Source: the human T2T-CHM13v2.0 reference genome, Homo sapiens. Taken from it: 64,000 bases of DNA. The notes below the pieces were generated by a model. It was not told the origin of the DNA, searched no databases, and saw nothing but the letters and a program-made list of their open reading frames with translations. Position 1 is the first letter of the stretch; every line of letters begins with the position of its first letter. Position numbers and translations under genes: made by a program. Of this stretch, positions 31,835 through 44,991 are shown piece by piece. The stretch lies in assembly GCF_009914755.1 (NCBI RefSeq), contig NC_060926.1; one strand, given 5' to 3'.

Positions 31835-32425
31835 TGGGGTGGGGTGGGATCTAGGCAGTCTGTGGTCCCAGTCCTCGTGTAGAGGTCCTGGGTGGCATAG
31901 GCCTCTGTTCTCATTCTCCAGTGCTGACCCACACTGCAGGGGACTCGTGTACGGGGTGAATATCCTAATCCACATATCTCCACTTTGTCCACATCCCCTG
32001 CTAACACTGCCTCTCGGCCACCCCTCTGGAGCCTAAGGATGTGTGTACCAATGGCATGGTCTGCCCTCAGGAGATAAAGGGTCTTGGAAACAGGCTTGTG
32101 GCTTTTCAGGCAGGAAATCTGGGATCCTGGGGAGCTGTGGGGAAGGACAAGCCAGTGGAGCGACAGATCTGCCCCGAAGCGTGTGTCCCAGCGTTGGGAC
32201 CTCTTGTTCTGTCTGAAGGCAGTCCTGATTGCTGGTCCCGCCCACTCATGCCTGCAGTGCCCTTCCCAGTATTGTGCTGCCCTAAATTGCACCTGTGGAT
32301 TCCTAGGGTGATACCATTCCTATTGATTTAGACTAATACAGCCTCAGTGAGCTGAAGCAGAAAGATAGTCTGGGATCCAGTCTTTGCGGGTTGGGAGGAT
32401 TCAGATAACCAAATACTCCCTGCAT
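31835..32425 (-). repeat. Right arm of the local inverted duplication (591 bp, including 149 bp absent from the left arm)
   Basis: Hand alignment to 29308-29749. The extra segment is 32074-32222. Confidence 0.95.
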
Positions 32426-35067
32426 TTCTCTATTCCTCACTCAATTAAAATGAACATTGCCTGTCTTCCAAAGAGATCGTGAGTTATACATGGAAAAGTA
32501 CAAAGCTGTCTTCTGTATCTTTGCACTTCTAGCCTGGGGGACAAGGAGTATTGGTCTATGTTCAACGTGGACTTGCTTCCTGATTAGGCCTCCTTTTTGT
32601 AAAAGGAATGTCAAGTCTCCATCTAAATCATGTGACTGGATTTTTAGAGAATCAAGTTGACAAATGTAGCCCCCTAAGTAGAGAATTCCTCCTCTGCCTT
32701 TACTTGGAGGTAAAGTCAGCAGTGTGGGGGAAAAAAAAAGCCAACAAGGAAAGCAAAGGCATACCCCATGTTAGCTGTTGAAGGTTTTCTCAACCACAGT
32801 TATGGCAGCTTTACTTACAAACATCTGTTGGGCACCTACAATTTGATAATGGCTATCCCCTTTTAAAAGTTTTCATCCTTTTTCTAAGCAATGCACAGAT
32901 GTACTTCATTCCCTGGGACAAGATGTACTTGTCTCCCTGGCCGAGGCCACGCTGAGAGTTCTAGACCAGAAGTGACATCATCTGGCTTCCAGCTTCAGCT
33001 GCACCACTATCTTATTTTGTGACGTCAAGTTAGTCACTAATCTTCCTGGCCCCTTTTTGCTTCCTCTCCTATTATAGGATGGCAATTATAATGGCTTGAT
33101 TACTCACGGACTTGTTATAAGGATTAGTGAGATAGTATATTTGAGAGCACTTTTTAAAGAATAAAAGTAAATACAAATATAAGGTGTTCTGGAGATTTTT
33201 CCTACTGGCCTTCTTTTAGGAGAAGCTGACAGAACCAACTGGTAATAATATAAGATAATAGCCTCATTAGGGTGGCTTTCTATCTGCTTGATACCCCACC
33301 AGGGCTCCTCAAAGGGAAGATGCCAGCAAGGCTGGCCTTACGACTTTCTACTCCCAAAGAGTTCTTCCCTCGGCCTATTATTTATATCTGATATTCAATC
33401 ACTAGAGGGTCATTCCTTTGAGCTAAACTGTTCCCTCAAAAAGCAGCTCAGTAAGTTATTAGGTTATTTAGAGCCTTCTCTGTTTTAATGTGTATTGGTT
33501 TATTAGGCCCAGTCTAACAAAACAGCTAGAAGAAAAGATGTAGTTGGAAGGTAGGAAAGAGGGATCAGGAGGGATCAGTGAAAAACTTTCTTTTACAGAT
33601 TGGGAAACTGAGGCTTAAAAGAATGAAGGTAATTGTTCACTATCACACAGCAAATTAGGGAAAGAACTGCAGCAGTCTTTAAGCTGTGTGTCTTCTCTAC
33701 TGTTTGAACTCCACGCTGACAATTTCTCTGTACCAAATGGATTAGAAAAAATACTTTGTTATTAGAAATCTACTCAACTAATGGGCTCTATTTAGAACCT
33801 CACCAAATTCTAGGTGCACAGTAAATAATCAGTAAATACTTTTTAATTGTTAAAAAGCTTTATTATAGGGCATTGGAGTTATTTCTCCAACTGCTTTCAA
33901 CTTTACAATCACATTTTTATCTGCATAGCTTATAGGGTGGTTATTATCTAGCCCAAGAACAGGAAACTAAGGTTCTGAAAGGTTTCATACCCATCCACAG
34001 TAGGCAGGGAGCCTGGCTAGAACTTTGGTGTCCTAACTTGCTGCCTGGTGTTCTTCCATGGCCTGGAATCAGCACCACTGCGGGAGCCAAAAGAGTGAAT
34101 GTGGGTGCTGCGGCAGCAGATGGCTCCTTGCTGCCTTGGGAGGTGACTTTGTGTCCTCAGGAAGCTTTCTCCACCCTCATGGTGATGGCAGACAGGCAGG
34201 CACCGCTTTCATGAGTTCAGTTTATAGTGGGGAAATACTGGGCTTGCCAACATGCCCTGTGCTCCCACACAGGGCAAAAGAAGTGGCCCAGCCTTTGCCT
34301 TCAGGGTTCCCAGGTTGCCACCCTCAGAGATTCAGTTCTAGCTGCCATGCATCATAATTTTTCCCTGGGTCATCTAAAAGTCCTTCAGGCAAAATTAATG
34401 CCTTTTCTTTTTGCAGTGCACACACACACTTTTTACACAGTTTTGAAGTTATTTACATATGACTATTTTCTCCCACTTGACTTTTAGACAACAGTGTCAG
34501 AACTTTCTGCTGTGTTTTTATCTTTGTATCTCCAGTGCCCAGCTTGAGTAACATGGAGGTTTGACAAATATTTGTTTACATGAAATTAGGGTGGCCACGA
34601 TGCCCCCTGGCAGGGGTAAAACATTAAATCATGAACTCTTCAGTCTCAATGAGCTTGTCTTGGGTCTTTAATGAAGACAGGTGCCCTGGGACAGCAGGTG
34701 CCCTGGGACAGCAGGAGCCTCAGTCTCTTGAACGTATGGGGGAAAGAAGGAGGAGGTAGCTGAGAAGGAGGCCCAGAATAGACAAGGAAGTCTTGATTCC
34801 AGAATCCCAGGTCCCAGAACTCTCTTCATTTTATTGCAGGTCCTTTCAGTTCCACCTGAGGAGCAAACTTGCTCAAATATCTGTGATTCGGGACAGGAAA
34901 GCTGCAAATGCTGATACCAACTAAGCCCGTGTGGATTGTTAAGACAGTGACTCTCGGGCATTTCTACACCTCCACAGGCCTCCTCTTCCACTCCCAGAAA
35001 TTTACATATGACTATTTACATAGGACTATCCTTCTTTCCTCCATACATTCAAGAGACTGGGGCTCCA

Positions 35068-35430
<363 letters not shown>

Positions 35431-37788
35431 TCATTGTTCAAAGAAGAGAACTCAGACAGAAACAACTGGTGCTGCCTAGGTGGGCCATTATCATCTTTTC
35501 CAGGAATGACTGGGAGTTCTTGTTTCCCTCACCCCCAGGTAGATTTCCCAAAAGTTCGGGCGTGTGCCTGTAGTAGGATGAAGCGGAATGTCCAGATATG
35601 GATGCAGGGCCATAGGGGAGTCTGATGGGGTTGCTCAGTACTGCGGGGAAAGATAGAGGAAGAAATCCCCCTGTGCAACAAGAGGAAATAAAATCAAGTT
35701 CTGAATAAATCAAAATCGTCTAGATTTTGTTTCATAGACATAGGCAACATTCCTTTAGACTGGGGAATATAGAGTTACTGTTCTTATCTCTATAGCGCAT
35801 TGTGGCATTTTCAGATTCTATTTGTTGTTGATTTTTAGGCAGTCCAGTGCTAATTATATGCCCAACACTGCTCATGGGTTAATCTATTAAGATTTTTCAT
35901 CAGGTCTATGGGCTAGATATTATTGTGCCCAATTCACATGTATGGACATTGAGAGAGATGAATTCGCTTCTCTAAGATCACACAGCCAGTAACCAGCAAA
36001 ACAAAGTGATTCATATTCAGGCCTTGTTGATTCCAAAGCTCTGGCATCTTTCCATATCCCAGGCCATTTCTTTATCCTACCATCCCCCTGCCCTGCTTCA
36101 GTGAGGCTTTTCTGGGGACCAAGAAGGTGCAGAACATTGTGTTAGTTCATGTGGAAGTAATGAAAGAAGTAGAAGCCCTGCCTCTCTATCCTCTACAGTG
36201 TCATCGACAATGAATAAAGTACCCAGCAAAAGCTGATGACTAAGAGGTATACCTCCCTTTGTGTGATCTAAGATGTGATAAGTCAAATGCATCGGTCCTA
36301 CTCAAGATGAAGCTGAGAAGCCCTCATCATGCCACCCAGAAGAACTTGGAGATTACTCAGTTTACACAGCATTACCACTCATGGCTAACATTTTGCTTTT
36401 GACCATTTATTCTTGCATAATTTTTAAACCCAGGAATTAGGAGAATTTGTTGGGAAATCAAGGTATGCAGTAGTAAATTTAAGCAAAGTCCATTTCTTCT
36501 CCATATGTTATTATTCTTAGAATCTTATCATGAAGTTTTAAAAACATAAAACTCACGCATTGAAAGAAATGTATTTAAGAGAAGGAATCTATACTAAGAA
36601 TAAATCTGGAAATGTAATGAAACCTGAATCATGGCATAAAGTCAGGCATTTTAAATCCAAAATATATGCTTGACTATTTTGCCATGGAGTCCAGACCTCC
36701 AAAGTCCAAATGCTTTACACTGGGCTAGAAGAGCCTTTACAGTCTGGTTGCAACTTAACCTCCCACCCTCAGTTCCTCTCTTTTCCTAAAACACAGCCAC
36801 GGGCTGCATCATCTCATGCTCTTCCAGAACTTTATGCCTTTGAGCACACTGCTCTTTTTGCCTGAGTTGCCTCTTCACCGTCTAGTGATTCATCCTTCTA
36901 ATCCTTCTAAACCTTCTGTTACCTCCTCTTTAACTTTTTCTTCTGTCCTTGCAGGAAATATTCTTACTCCACTTCTCATAACGCTATAACCAAAGTAGCC
37001 AAGAACTCTGAGCAGTGCCCAGACTGAGTCCACTGCTGAGAATAAGATCTGTTTGGGGATGTCCAATGAGTGGGTGGAACCTCCTGGGTTAGAACTTCTA
37101 AGAGAAAAGGGACTCATGCAAAACAGTCTTCTTCATAGGAGAAAGAATCACAGAGCGGGGTGAGATATCCCCATCCAGGCCCTGATGAACTTATGTCTGC
37201 TTCCCAGGGAGCGAGATCGCTGTGAGTAAAACCCAATAGTTCTATTTCTCCTTAAACCTCTGTAAGATGTTGGGGAACAACTACCTTGGGTTTCGCCATC
37301 TATGCACATTGTATGCACACAAGAAGGCTGCAGTTGAAGCAGAAGTTGTGGCTAAAGGAGGCAGGGAAGAAAAGGATGTCTGCAGAAGGATAGTGCCCAG
37401 CAGCAGGGGCAGCAGAGCCCAGAGGGGGAAGCCCACCCAGTGGCCAGGACAGAACCATGAGAAGAAGAGGAATAAGGAGTGGTTGCCATATTAGCTGACT
37501 GGCCTCGGATGTGAGCACATAGAAGACAACTGGGTGCCACAGGAATGCCAGGAAGGGGCATTCCAGGAAGCTAGGTAGGAACAGAAAACAGTGACTGACA
37601 TACAGGTTACATCACTACAGCACTTATAGACTTGTTTTGGTGTTGAATGAGTGTCCATCTCCCATCCTGCCCCTTCTAGCCAGAAAAAATCCACAGGGAG
37701 TGACCCTGCCTTTAGTCTATTATATCCCTCTCCCCACAAGGAAACTTGCACTACATCTGGAACATGGTGCCTTGTGGTCAAGACATCA

Positions 37789-37847
37789 ATGAATGAATGA
37801 TTGGATGGATGGATGGATGGATGGATGGATGGATGGATGGATGGATG
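37789..37847. repeat. (GAAT)n/(GGAT)n tetranucleotide repeat at an L2 3' tail
   Basis: Read directly. It is preceded by L2-like CTGGAACATGGTGCC...CATCAATGAATGAATGA. Confidence 0.9.
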
Positions 37848-38112
37848 GTTAGGGACACTGGTAGGGACATTGCTCATTTCAGGAAAAGCAAACAACATAA
37901 ACAAGAGCATGGCAATGGAAATAAGCAAGCGTGAGGAGGACATAGGGAGAAAACACCAGCCTGACTCTCAAGTTACAGGTGAATATTAGGGAGTGGTGAG
38001 AAATTAGATAGACAGTAGAGAGGGAAGGTAGGGCCTTGTGATGAGGAGCCTTAAAAGCCAAAGAGGTTAGACTCAGGGCAACAGGGAACTCAGAGTCTTT
38101 GTGAGCCAAAGA

Positions 38113-38118
<6 letters not shown>

Positions 38119-38164
<46 letters not shown>
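38119..38164. repeat. (TG)n microsatellite
   Basis: Read directly from the sequence. Confidence 0.95.
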
Positions 38165-38166
<2 letters not shown>

Positions 38167-38972
38167 CTGTATACCAACCAACTTGTCAGCAATGGGGAAA
38201 AAAAATTGAACTTCAGTCAAACCTTTGTTCCTTAGGATCTATATGATGTTAAATGACAAGTTGAAATTGGTTCTCTCATCCAGTTAATTTGCTCAGTTGG
38301 TTTTCAGGTTTGGTTCCAGTTGGTTTTCAGTTGCTTTTAGGTTTGGTTTCAGGGAATATTTTGAGGGCTGAGTACAGGTACTTTTTTGTTGACTTGTTTA
38401 ATTGTAGACACAATGTGCATGTTAAGCCTGCTTTCCAGGTGAGAACACTGAATATCAGATAAATGAAAGGAGCTTTTAATAAAGCTTGACAACAAATAGA
38501 CCCCCATATACTTGGTCTGTTTGTTGGACGAAGAGTTTTTACCAAGTCTGTTCCTTTCTATGGGTGTTTGAGAGAATAGCCTGCCTCTAACTGCACCATC
38601 TCTGCAGCCCTCAGAGCCTTTGATAACTGAACTGCGCTGCTTCTGGCTCCACTCTCTGCGCAAGCACCCAGATACTGAAACCACCAGCTTGATCTTCAGA
38701 CATTCCAGAACTACCACACTTTCACAGAATGTGCTTTAAGCCCCAAAGAATCCTCTGCCACCTGCTTTATTCTATTCTTTCTTTGCTTGTGAGCAAAGCC
38801 CAGTGGAGCTGAAGAAGAAAGAAGAGGGAGGGAGGAGAGGAGAAAGACAACTTTGTTTCATTTTTTAGTGAGGCAGCCCACTTTCCTTAGTTTCCCTACC
38901 TTCAGTGTAGGGGGCAGATATAATTATGTTTATTGGGGAATTTTACTTCTAAATTCCTTTAAAACCCCTGCA

Positions 38973-39138
38973 AATCAGTGGGTGTCTTAGTGCACACCTG
39001 TAGTCCCAGCTACTCAGGAGGCTGAGGCAGGACGATTGCTTGAGCTCAGTAGGTCGAGGCTGCAGTGAGCCATGATTGAGCCACCACACTCCAGCCTCAG
39101 TGACAGAGTGAGAACCTATCTTTAGGAAAAAAAAAAAA
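38973..39138 (+). mobile_element. Alu right monomer (FRAM/AluJ-like)
   Basis: CCTGTAGTCCCAGCTACTCAGGAGGCTGAGGCAGGACGATTGCTTGAGC followed by an A-tail. Confidence 0.85.
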
Positions 39139-40228
39139 TCAATTAAAATGGAAGAAAAAAGAGAAAAAGTCAAAGTAGGAAGGAAAAGAAAAAGAAAAAA
39201 GTAGTGGGAAAAGAAAAAAGAAAGAAGGGATGAAGGGAAGGAAAGAAACAATCCCATGGTTTTAGGTCTTCTCCTTGCCCCTATACAGATCACTCCCAAA
39301 TAATTTCATGACCACTCAGCACATCTGCCCCACCTGCTCCACACACCCTTTAAGTTGGCTTAGAATTTTACTAAGTTTTCAGCTAATAAAATTATCCTTA
39401 TTCATAGGACGTGCTCTCCAGGTACGGCATGAGTGGCCCAACCTTCACTTCTTTGGGAATTTGCACATTGTTGGTAGGTGTGCCTTTATAGGCTGATTAT
39501 ATTTTATAGATGATTCCTTTTTCAAAAACAGATGTCTCCAATGTCTTATCTCCAAGACAAAGTGCCAAAGGCCTGGTCTTCATAAGCCACTGAATAGGAG
39601 CCAGTGAGAACATGTACAATGAAAAAAGGCAGTATGCACCTCTATGTGGGTCCTGGACAAAACTTTTAAGGTGCTTTAATTATTGTCATAATGACTCAAT
39701 GGTCAGATTTCTAAAGGTAGGAAAATAAAGATTTTTAGATACTTTTATGGTCATGTGTTATTTATTACACTATGAGAAGTCGTCTTTTTATCTAGGTGTC
39801 TGTACCTGATTATAGTTATGATAAAAATAATATGTCGTATTTTTATAGGCCTCAAATTCCAAAGGCCCTTGAGCACCTCATATCATCATCATCATCATTA
39901 TTGTTACTCATAGCTAATTATACACTGACAGTCTCAGCATGCAAGTAAGAACACTTGTCTATTATCTGACTCATTTGCAATGGTAAGGTCAATGGTTCAA
40001 ATCCTGGGAAGGATGCTGATGAGCAAAGGTGGTTGCTGCCTCACAGGTGCTCCATGTCAACAGGACTGGAGGCTGTAGTCTCTGAGGTATGGCTGCAGTG
40101 TCAAAGTTGCTGTCATAGCTCAGGTCTGGGAATGAGCCATCACCTGAATTGGCCTGGGCTGGCTGATGATCACATGGTTAGGATTTTCTGAGGCTTTCTC
40201 AGTTTCAAATACATTTCTCTTTTAACAG

Positions 40229-40605
40229 CATATTAGTTTGCTAAGGCTTCCATAACAAAAAAAAAAACACACAGTCCAGGTGGCTGAAATAACAGAAATG
40301 TATTTCTTCAGAGGTCTGGAGGCTAGAAGTCCAAGATCAAGGGATCAGCAAAGCTGGTTTCTTCTGAGGCCTCTCATTTTGGCTTGTAGATGGCCGTCTT
40401 CTCAAGAAGTCCTCCCTCTGTGTAAGTCTGCGTTCTGATCTCCCCTTCTTATAAGGATGCAGGTCATTTGGCCCACCCTAATGACCTCATTTTAACTTAA
40501 TTACCTCTTTGAAGATCCTGTTTTCAAATACAGTCACATTCTAACGTATTGGGGTTAGAACTTCAACATATAAAATTTAAGGGGGACATAATTCAGTCCA
40601 TAGCA
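40229..40605 (-). mobile_element. MLT1B-like solo LTR
   Basis: TATTAGTTTGCTAAGGCTTCCATAACAAA...GGAGGCTAGAAGTCCAAGATCAAGG...GGGGGACATAATTCAGTCCATAGCA. Confidence 0.85.
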
Positions 40606-40759
40606 GACAATATCTCAACTTGAGGTTCAGAAAATATGTATTGTATGATTCATATTGTCCCTTTCACCCAATCTTCAACCAAAATCTGACATTCCAGTTA
40701 GGGGCAAGAGATAAAACTCTTCCCCGTGATTTTCCAAGAGATAAAACTCCTCCCCATAG

Positions 40760-41050
40760 TTCCCACTCAAGGTCAAGCCTAAAGTCATCTCCTCAAAGAG
40801 GCCTTCCCTGACTCTGGAAACTAATGTTGTCATGTACCCAACCCCTGTATCACATTACCCGACTTACTTTTTTCATAGCATTTATCACTATCTGAAATTA
40901 CCCTGTTCCTCAATTTGTTTACTTGTACACAGTTTATCTTTCCCACTAGACTAAATTCCAAAGCAACAGAAGCCTATTCAGGGTTTGTAGCTGGATCCCA
41001 GGACCTAGGAAAGAACTCAGCACATAGTAGGGTTCAAAATATGTTTATAA
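40760..41050 (+). mobile_element. L2 3' fragment
   Basis: GTCATCTCCTCAAAGAGGCCTTCCCTGACT...CATAGCATTTATCACTATCTGAAATTA...CAGCACATAGTAGGGTTCAAAATATG. Confidence 0.75.
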
Positions 41051-41849
41051 AATAAGGTGCTTGAAAGGGTAGCAAGTAGAAAGATGATTTTCTTAAGTGA
41101 ATGTAGTCCTCCTGGGGGGAAAGTTAGCAGCCTGTTTCCTAAGAGTTTCACAAAAGGACCTTTGCTCCCTGATGAATGTACCTAGATCCAGTCACAAAGG
41201 TTCAGAAACCAGGTTTTGTCATCACTCAAAAGACAAGTCTATCACTCAGAGGAAGATGCACATTATACCAAGCTCACCAGGCTGATGTACTAAAGTGGAT
41301 GCCATTTTAGTTAATTGCACTGAGCAATATCTGTCCAAGCACTGAATACCTAAAGTGCATGTGACCAGCACATCCTACCCATGTAGGTAGACCTACAGGG
41401 GAGGCCAAACACAGTCCCAAGGCTATGCAGTACACACGGACTTTGTGTGGAACGGAGTCTGATTAATTGAACATTTAATTACAACTAGCTAAATGCTCTA
41501 ATCTCACAGAAGTTCTTGCCAATGGTCCTAGAGGACCCATCTTTCAGTGTTAGAGGCTCCTGGTCAGTGTTCGCAAGGGGTAATGCTGGCTTCAAAGACT
41601 TTCCCTGTAGGTTTCTGGGGGCTGGCCAATCACCTCTCTCATTGATGTACTCTTGCTTGAAGTATGTGAATTTAGTCCCTCACAGTCAAGTCTTGGTCTG
41701 GGAACTAATCTGTCTGTTAGAAGAGAGTTCCCACATCCCTGCCTTGATTTATTTCAAACACTTCCATCTCAGAGAGCAAGCATTTCTCTCATTCCAAGCC
41801 TTAAGTATTAGCAAAATCAGAAATATTGGACTCTATGTAGTTAGCATAT

Positions 41850-43760
41850 ATTCATTCAAAAATATGCATTAAGCACTTTTTACGTGTGGGGGGGAATGAA
41901 AATACAATGATGAATAAGATAAAGATCTCTCTCCTCAAAGTGCCCACTTTTTAGTGGAAGAAAAGGACAATACACAAGTAAACAAAGGAACAAACAAGAA
42001 AGTATCAGGGAATGACGCAGGCTATGATGAAAACTCAGAGAGGGCAATGTGGAAAATGACCTCCCTTCTCAAAAGAAGGGACAATGAAGTTGAAAACAAT
42101 GACAGGAAGGCACAGCGTGTACAGATCTAGAGGAAGAGCATCTTCAGAAGAGGATACAACAAGTGCAAAGGCCCCTGAGCAGAGCACACATGGGGGGCAA
42201 CAGGCTCCGAGGAGCAGCAAGCAGCTGGCAGAGGCATTAGCAGGGTATGCGGTGGGGAGCATGACGCATTGGGAGGCTGCAGGCACAAAGAAGCCAGGCC
42301 TCCCTAGGCTGGTAGCAAGAGTGCAATGGGAAGCTGTTGAAGAGTTTTGACCAGAGAAGACACATGATCCGATTTACTTTTTAAAATATCACTCTGGGTG
42401 CTGTGTGGAGAGTGGATTACAAGAGACAAAGATGAGAGCAGAGAGACCAGTTAGGAGGCCACAGCTGTAGACCAGGAGAGAGATGATGGCAGTGGGGACC
42501 AGTGGGAAGCAATGAAGATGAGAAGTGGCCAATTCAGATCTGCTTTGGAGGTAGAGCTGGCAGTTAGGTTTGAGACGCCTATCAGTCAAGTGGAAATGCC
42601 AAGTTGGTCATTGTAGAAAAGAATCTAGAGTTAAAGAAAGAGTTTAAAGTTAGAGTTATAAATGTTTAAGTCATCAGCATATATATTGTAGTTAAAGCTG
42701 TTTGCCTGGCTGGAATCACCCAAGAAAACAGTATGATTGAGAACAGAAGCAACCCTGGTACATTGTAACATTCCCATCTGTGATGGTTAATTTTAGGTGT
42801 CAACTTGACTGGGTTGAGGGATACCCTGATAGCTGGCGAAGTATTATTTCTGGGTATGTCTGTGAGGGTGTTCCCGGAAGAGATTGGCATTTGAATCAGT
42901 AGGCTGAGTAAGGAAGATCCACCCTCACCCAATGTGGGCAGGCACCATCCAATCAGTTGAAAGCCCAGATAGAACAAAAAGGCAGAAAAACGGCAATTTT
43001 TTTCTCTCTCTGCTGAAGCTGGGACATTCATCTTCTCCTACCCCTGGATATCAGAACTCCAAATTCTCTGGGCTTCAGACTCCAGGACTTGAACCACAGT
43101 CCCTCTGCTTCTCAGGCCTTCAGCCTCAGGCTGGAAATTATCAGGCCTTCGGACTTGGACTGAGCTATGCCACAGCTTCCCTGGTTCTCCAGCTTGCAGA
43201 TGGCAGATCATAGGACTTTTCAGCCTCCATCATCAAATGCACCAATTCCCGTAATAAATCCCCTCTCATATATCTACATGTATATATCCTATTGCCTCTG
43301 TTTCTTTGGAGAAACCTGACTAATATACCATCAGAGAAGAAAGAACCAGAAAAGGGTTTCAAGCAGAAGTGGACAAGAGGTGGGAGAAAAACCATGAGAA
43401 TGAGGTGTTATGAAAGCCAAGAGATGAAGGTGTTCCTAGGAGAGGGCATGGTCAACTAGCATATTTGCAGGAAACTGAGTCAGATGAGGATGGAGAAGCA
43501 ATATTGAGATCAGTGATGAACTTGAAAAGTGCAGTTTGGGTTTAATAGGTTGGAGCCCAGTTGAGGTGTGCAGAGGAGAAAAGTACAGTAAGGAAGTATA
43601 AATAGTCATTATAGACAGAGTTTTCTTAATTTGCTGGAGAATTTGATGGAAGGAGTAGCCTCAAGAGGCAGGTATTGTTTTAAGTGGTTTCAAAAGTATG
43701 TTTGTTTGCTAATAAGAATGACCCCATAAACAAGAAGAAATCAATGATGCAGCTCTTAAG
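41850..43760 (-). mobile_element. Long L2 fragment interrupted by an MLT2 LTR
   Basis: Starts ATTCATTCAAAAATATGCATTAAGCAC and continues with typical antisense L2 text (ATCACTCTGGGTGCTGTGTGGAGA, GAAAGCCAAGAGATGAAGGTGTTC). Confidence 0.75.
42779..43327 (+). mobile_element. MLT2 (ERVL) solo LTR
   Basis: TGTGATGGTTAATTTTAGGTGTCAACTTGACTGGG...GAGAAACCTGACTAATATA. 5-bp TSD CCATC. Confidence 0.9.
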
Positions 43761-44719
43761 GTCAAAGAGATAAGATCTGGAGCACAGGGGAAGGTCAGCC
43801 TTTGTGAGGGGCAGGGACTCACTGCCCAAGGGGAGGGAAGATAGAGTATAGCTACAGAAGCAGTTCAGTGGGTCCAGCAGAAGAGGGACATGAGGATTTC
43901 TTCTATCTTCTCTGGGAAGTATGAGACCAAGTTGCCAGTGAAAAAGAGGTAGGAAGGAAAGGAGGTGGGGGGGATGACTGAGTAGAGAAGAAAAACATAA
44001 TAGGATGCTTACACATTGTTGAAGGTGTGTTCGTGATTTTGGCTTGTGAATTTAGAGTTAACCCAGATGGTCCCAAATTAATGATAGACATCTGGTGGCT
44101 ATGGTGACTCCAGGGAAGGAAAGAGAACAGCGAGCCGGCACAGTTAGTGAACGCTTCACAGAAGAGGCTGTACTGGGGGACTTGATCGATTTGTGTAATT
44201 TAGATACACAGGCCATGCCCTCCAGGTAAAAGTACTCGGTAGCACAGAGCAAAGCACAGGAGTGGGGATGAACAAGGTCAGCCAGTCCAGCTGCAGAGGA
44301 GTAATGGAGATGGAACAGGCCTTATGCAACAGTGGACACTTCTGAAAAAAGGGCTACTAGCAAAGATAAGGTATCATTTGGGAAGATTAACACAGTATTT
44401 GGTATATTGAATGGGTTGGAAAGAGATTTCTGGCCAAGAGAGGTGGCCATAGTTAAGCCCAAGAGACTAAGATTGTATCCTACTCGGGAGGAAGAGGGCA
44501 CAAATGAGAGACCCCCATCCTTAGGATGACATCTTCAGCCCTTCACTTCATTCTTGGAGATTTTATATTCCTTTGGGAAGTACGAAAATTCGAGAATATT
44601 TTTCAGGATCTTGTTACTTTTGAAGTTTCTGAATGACTTCTAATGCCCATCCTTCCTAAAGAAAACAGTCCGTCCACTGAATGTTCAAGGACAAACCCAC
44701 ATGGTCATAGTGGTGGCCA

Positions 44720-44991
44720 TGGTTAATACATTGAGTGCTTAAAATATCACCAGTAATGTGCTAAGTCCTACGCATGCATTATTTCATTCAATCCTCAGAA
44801 CAACCCTTTGAAGCAGATGTCTTTACTATCCCCATTTTATAACAAGAAAACTGAGCCACACATAAGTGGAGTAAGTTGCCCAAAGTCACACAACTGGTGA
44901 TAGGAGGGGCCAGGTTCAAACCCAGGCTACAGGCCTGCCCAAAGTCACACAACTGGTGACAGAAGGGGCCAGGTTCAAACCCAGGCTACAG
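44720..44991 (-). mobile_element. MIR with an internal 59-bp tandem duplication
   Basis: ATTATTTCATTCAATCCTCAGAACAACCCT...CCCCATTTTATAACAAGAAAACTGAG. The duplicated unit starts at 44877 and 44936. Confidence 0.8.

Noticed and set aside
32074-32222. 149-bp gap as a spliced intron, making the left arm a retrocopy
   Set aside because: No GT-AG or GC-AG boundaries in either orientation (AT..AG on +, GC..CT on -). The left arm has no poly-A or TSD. A 2-bp microhomology deletion fits better.
29402-32331. Duplicated ORFs in the inverted arms (e.g. LRADHAIGTH...) as paralogous genes
   Set aside because: The similarity only reflects the DNA duplication. Open frames occur on both strands with different starts and ends and no recognisable domain.
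29308-32425. Inverted arms as terminal inverted repeats of a new DNA transposon
   Set aside because: There is no TSD outside the arms (GGAGGTGGT versus TTCTCTATT) and no transposase ORF. The spacer holds ordinary MIR, MLT2 and (CA)n sequence.
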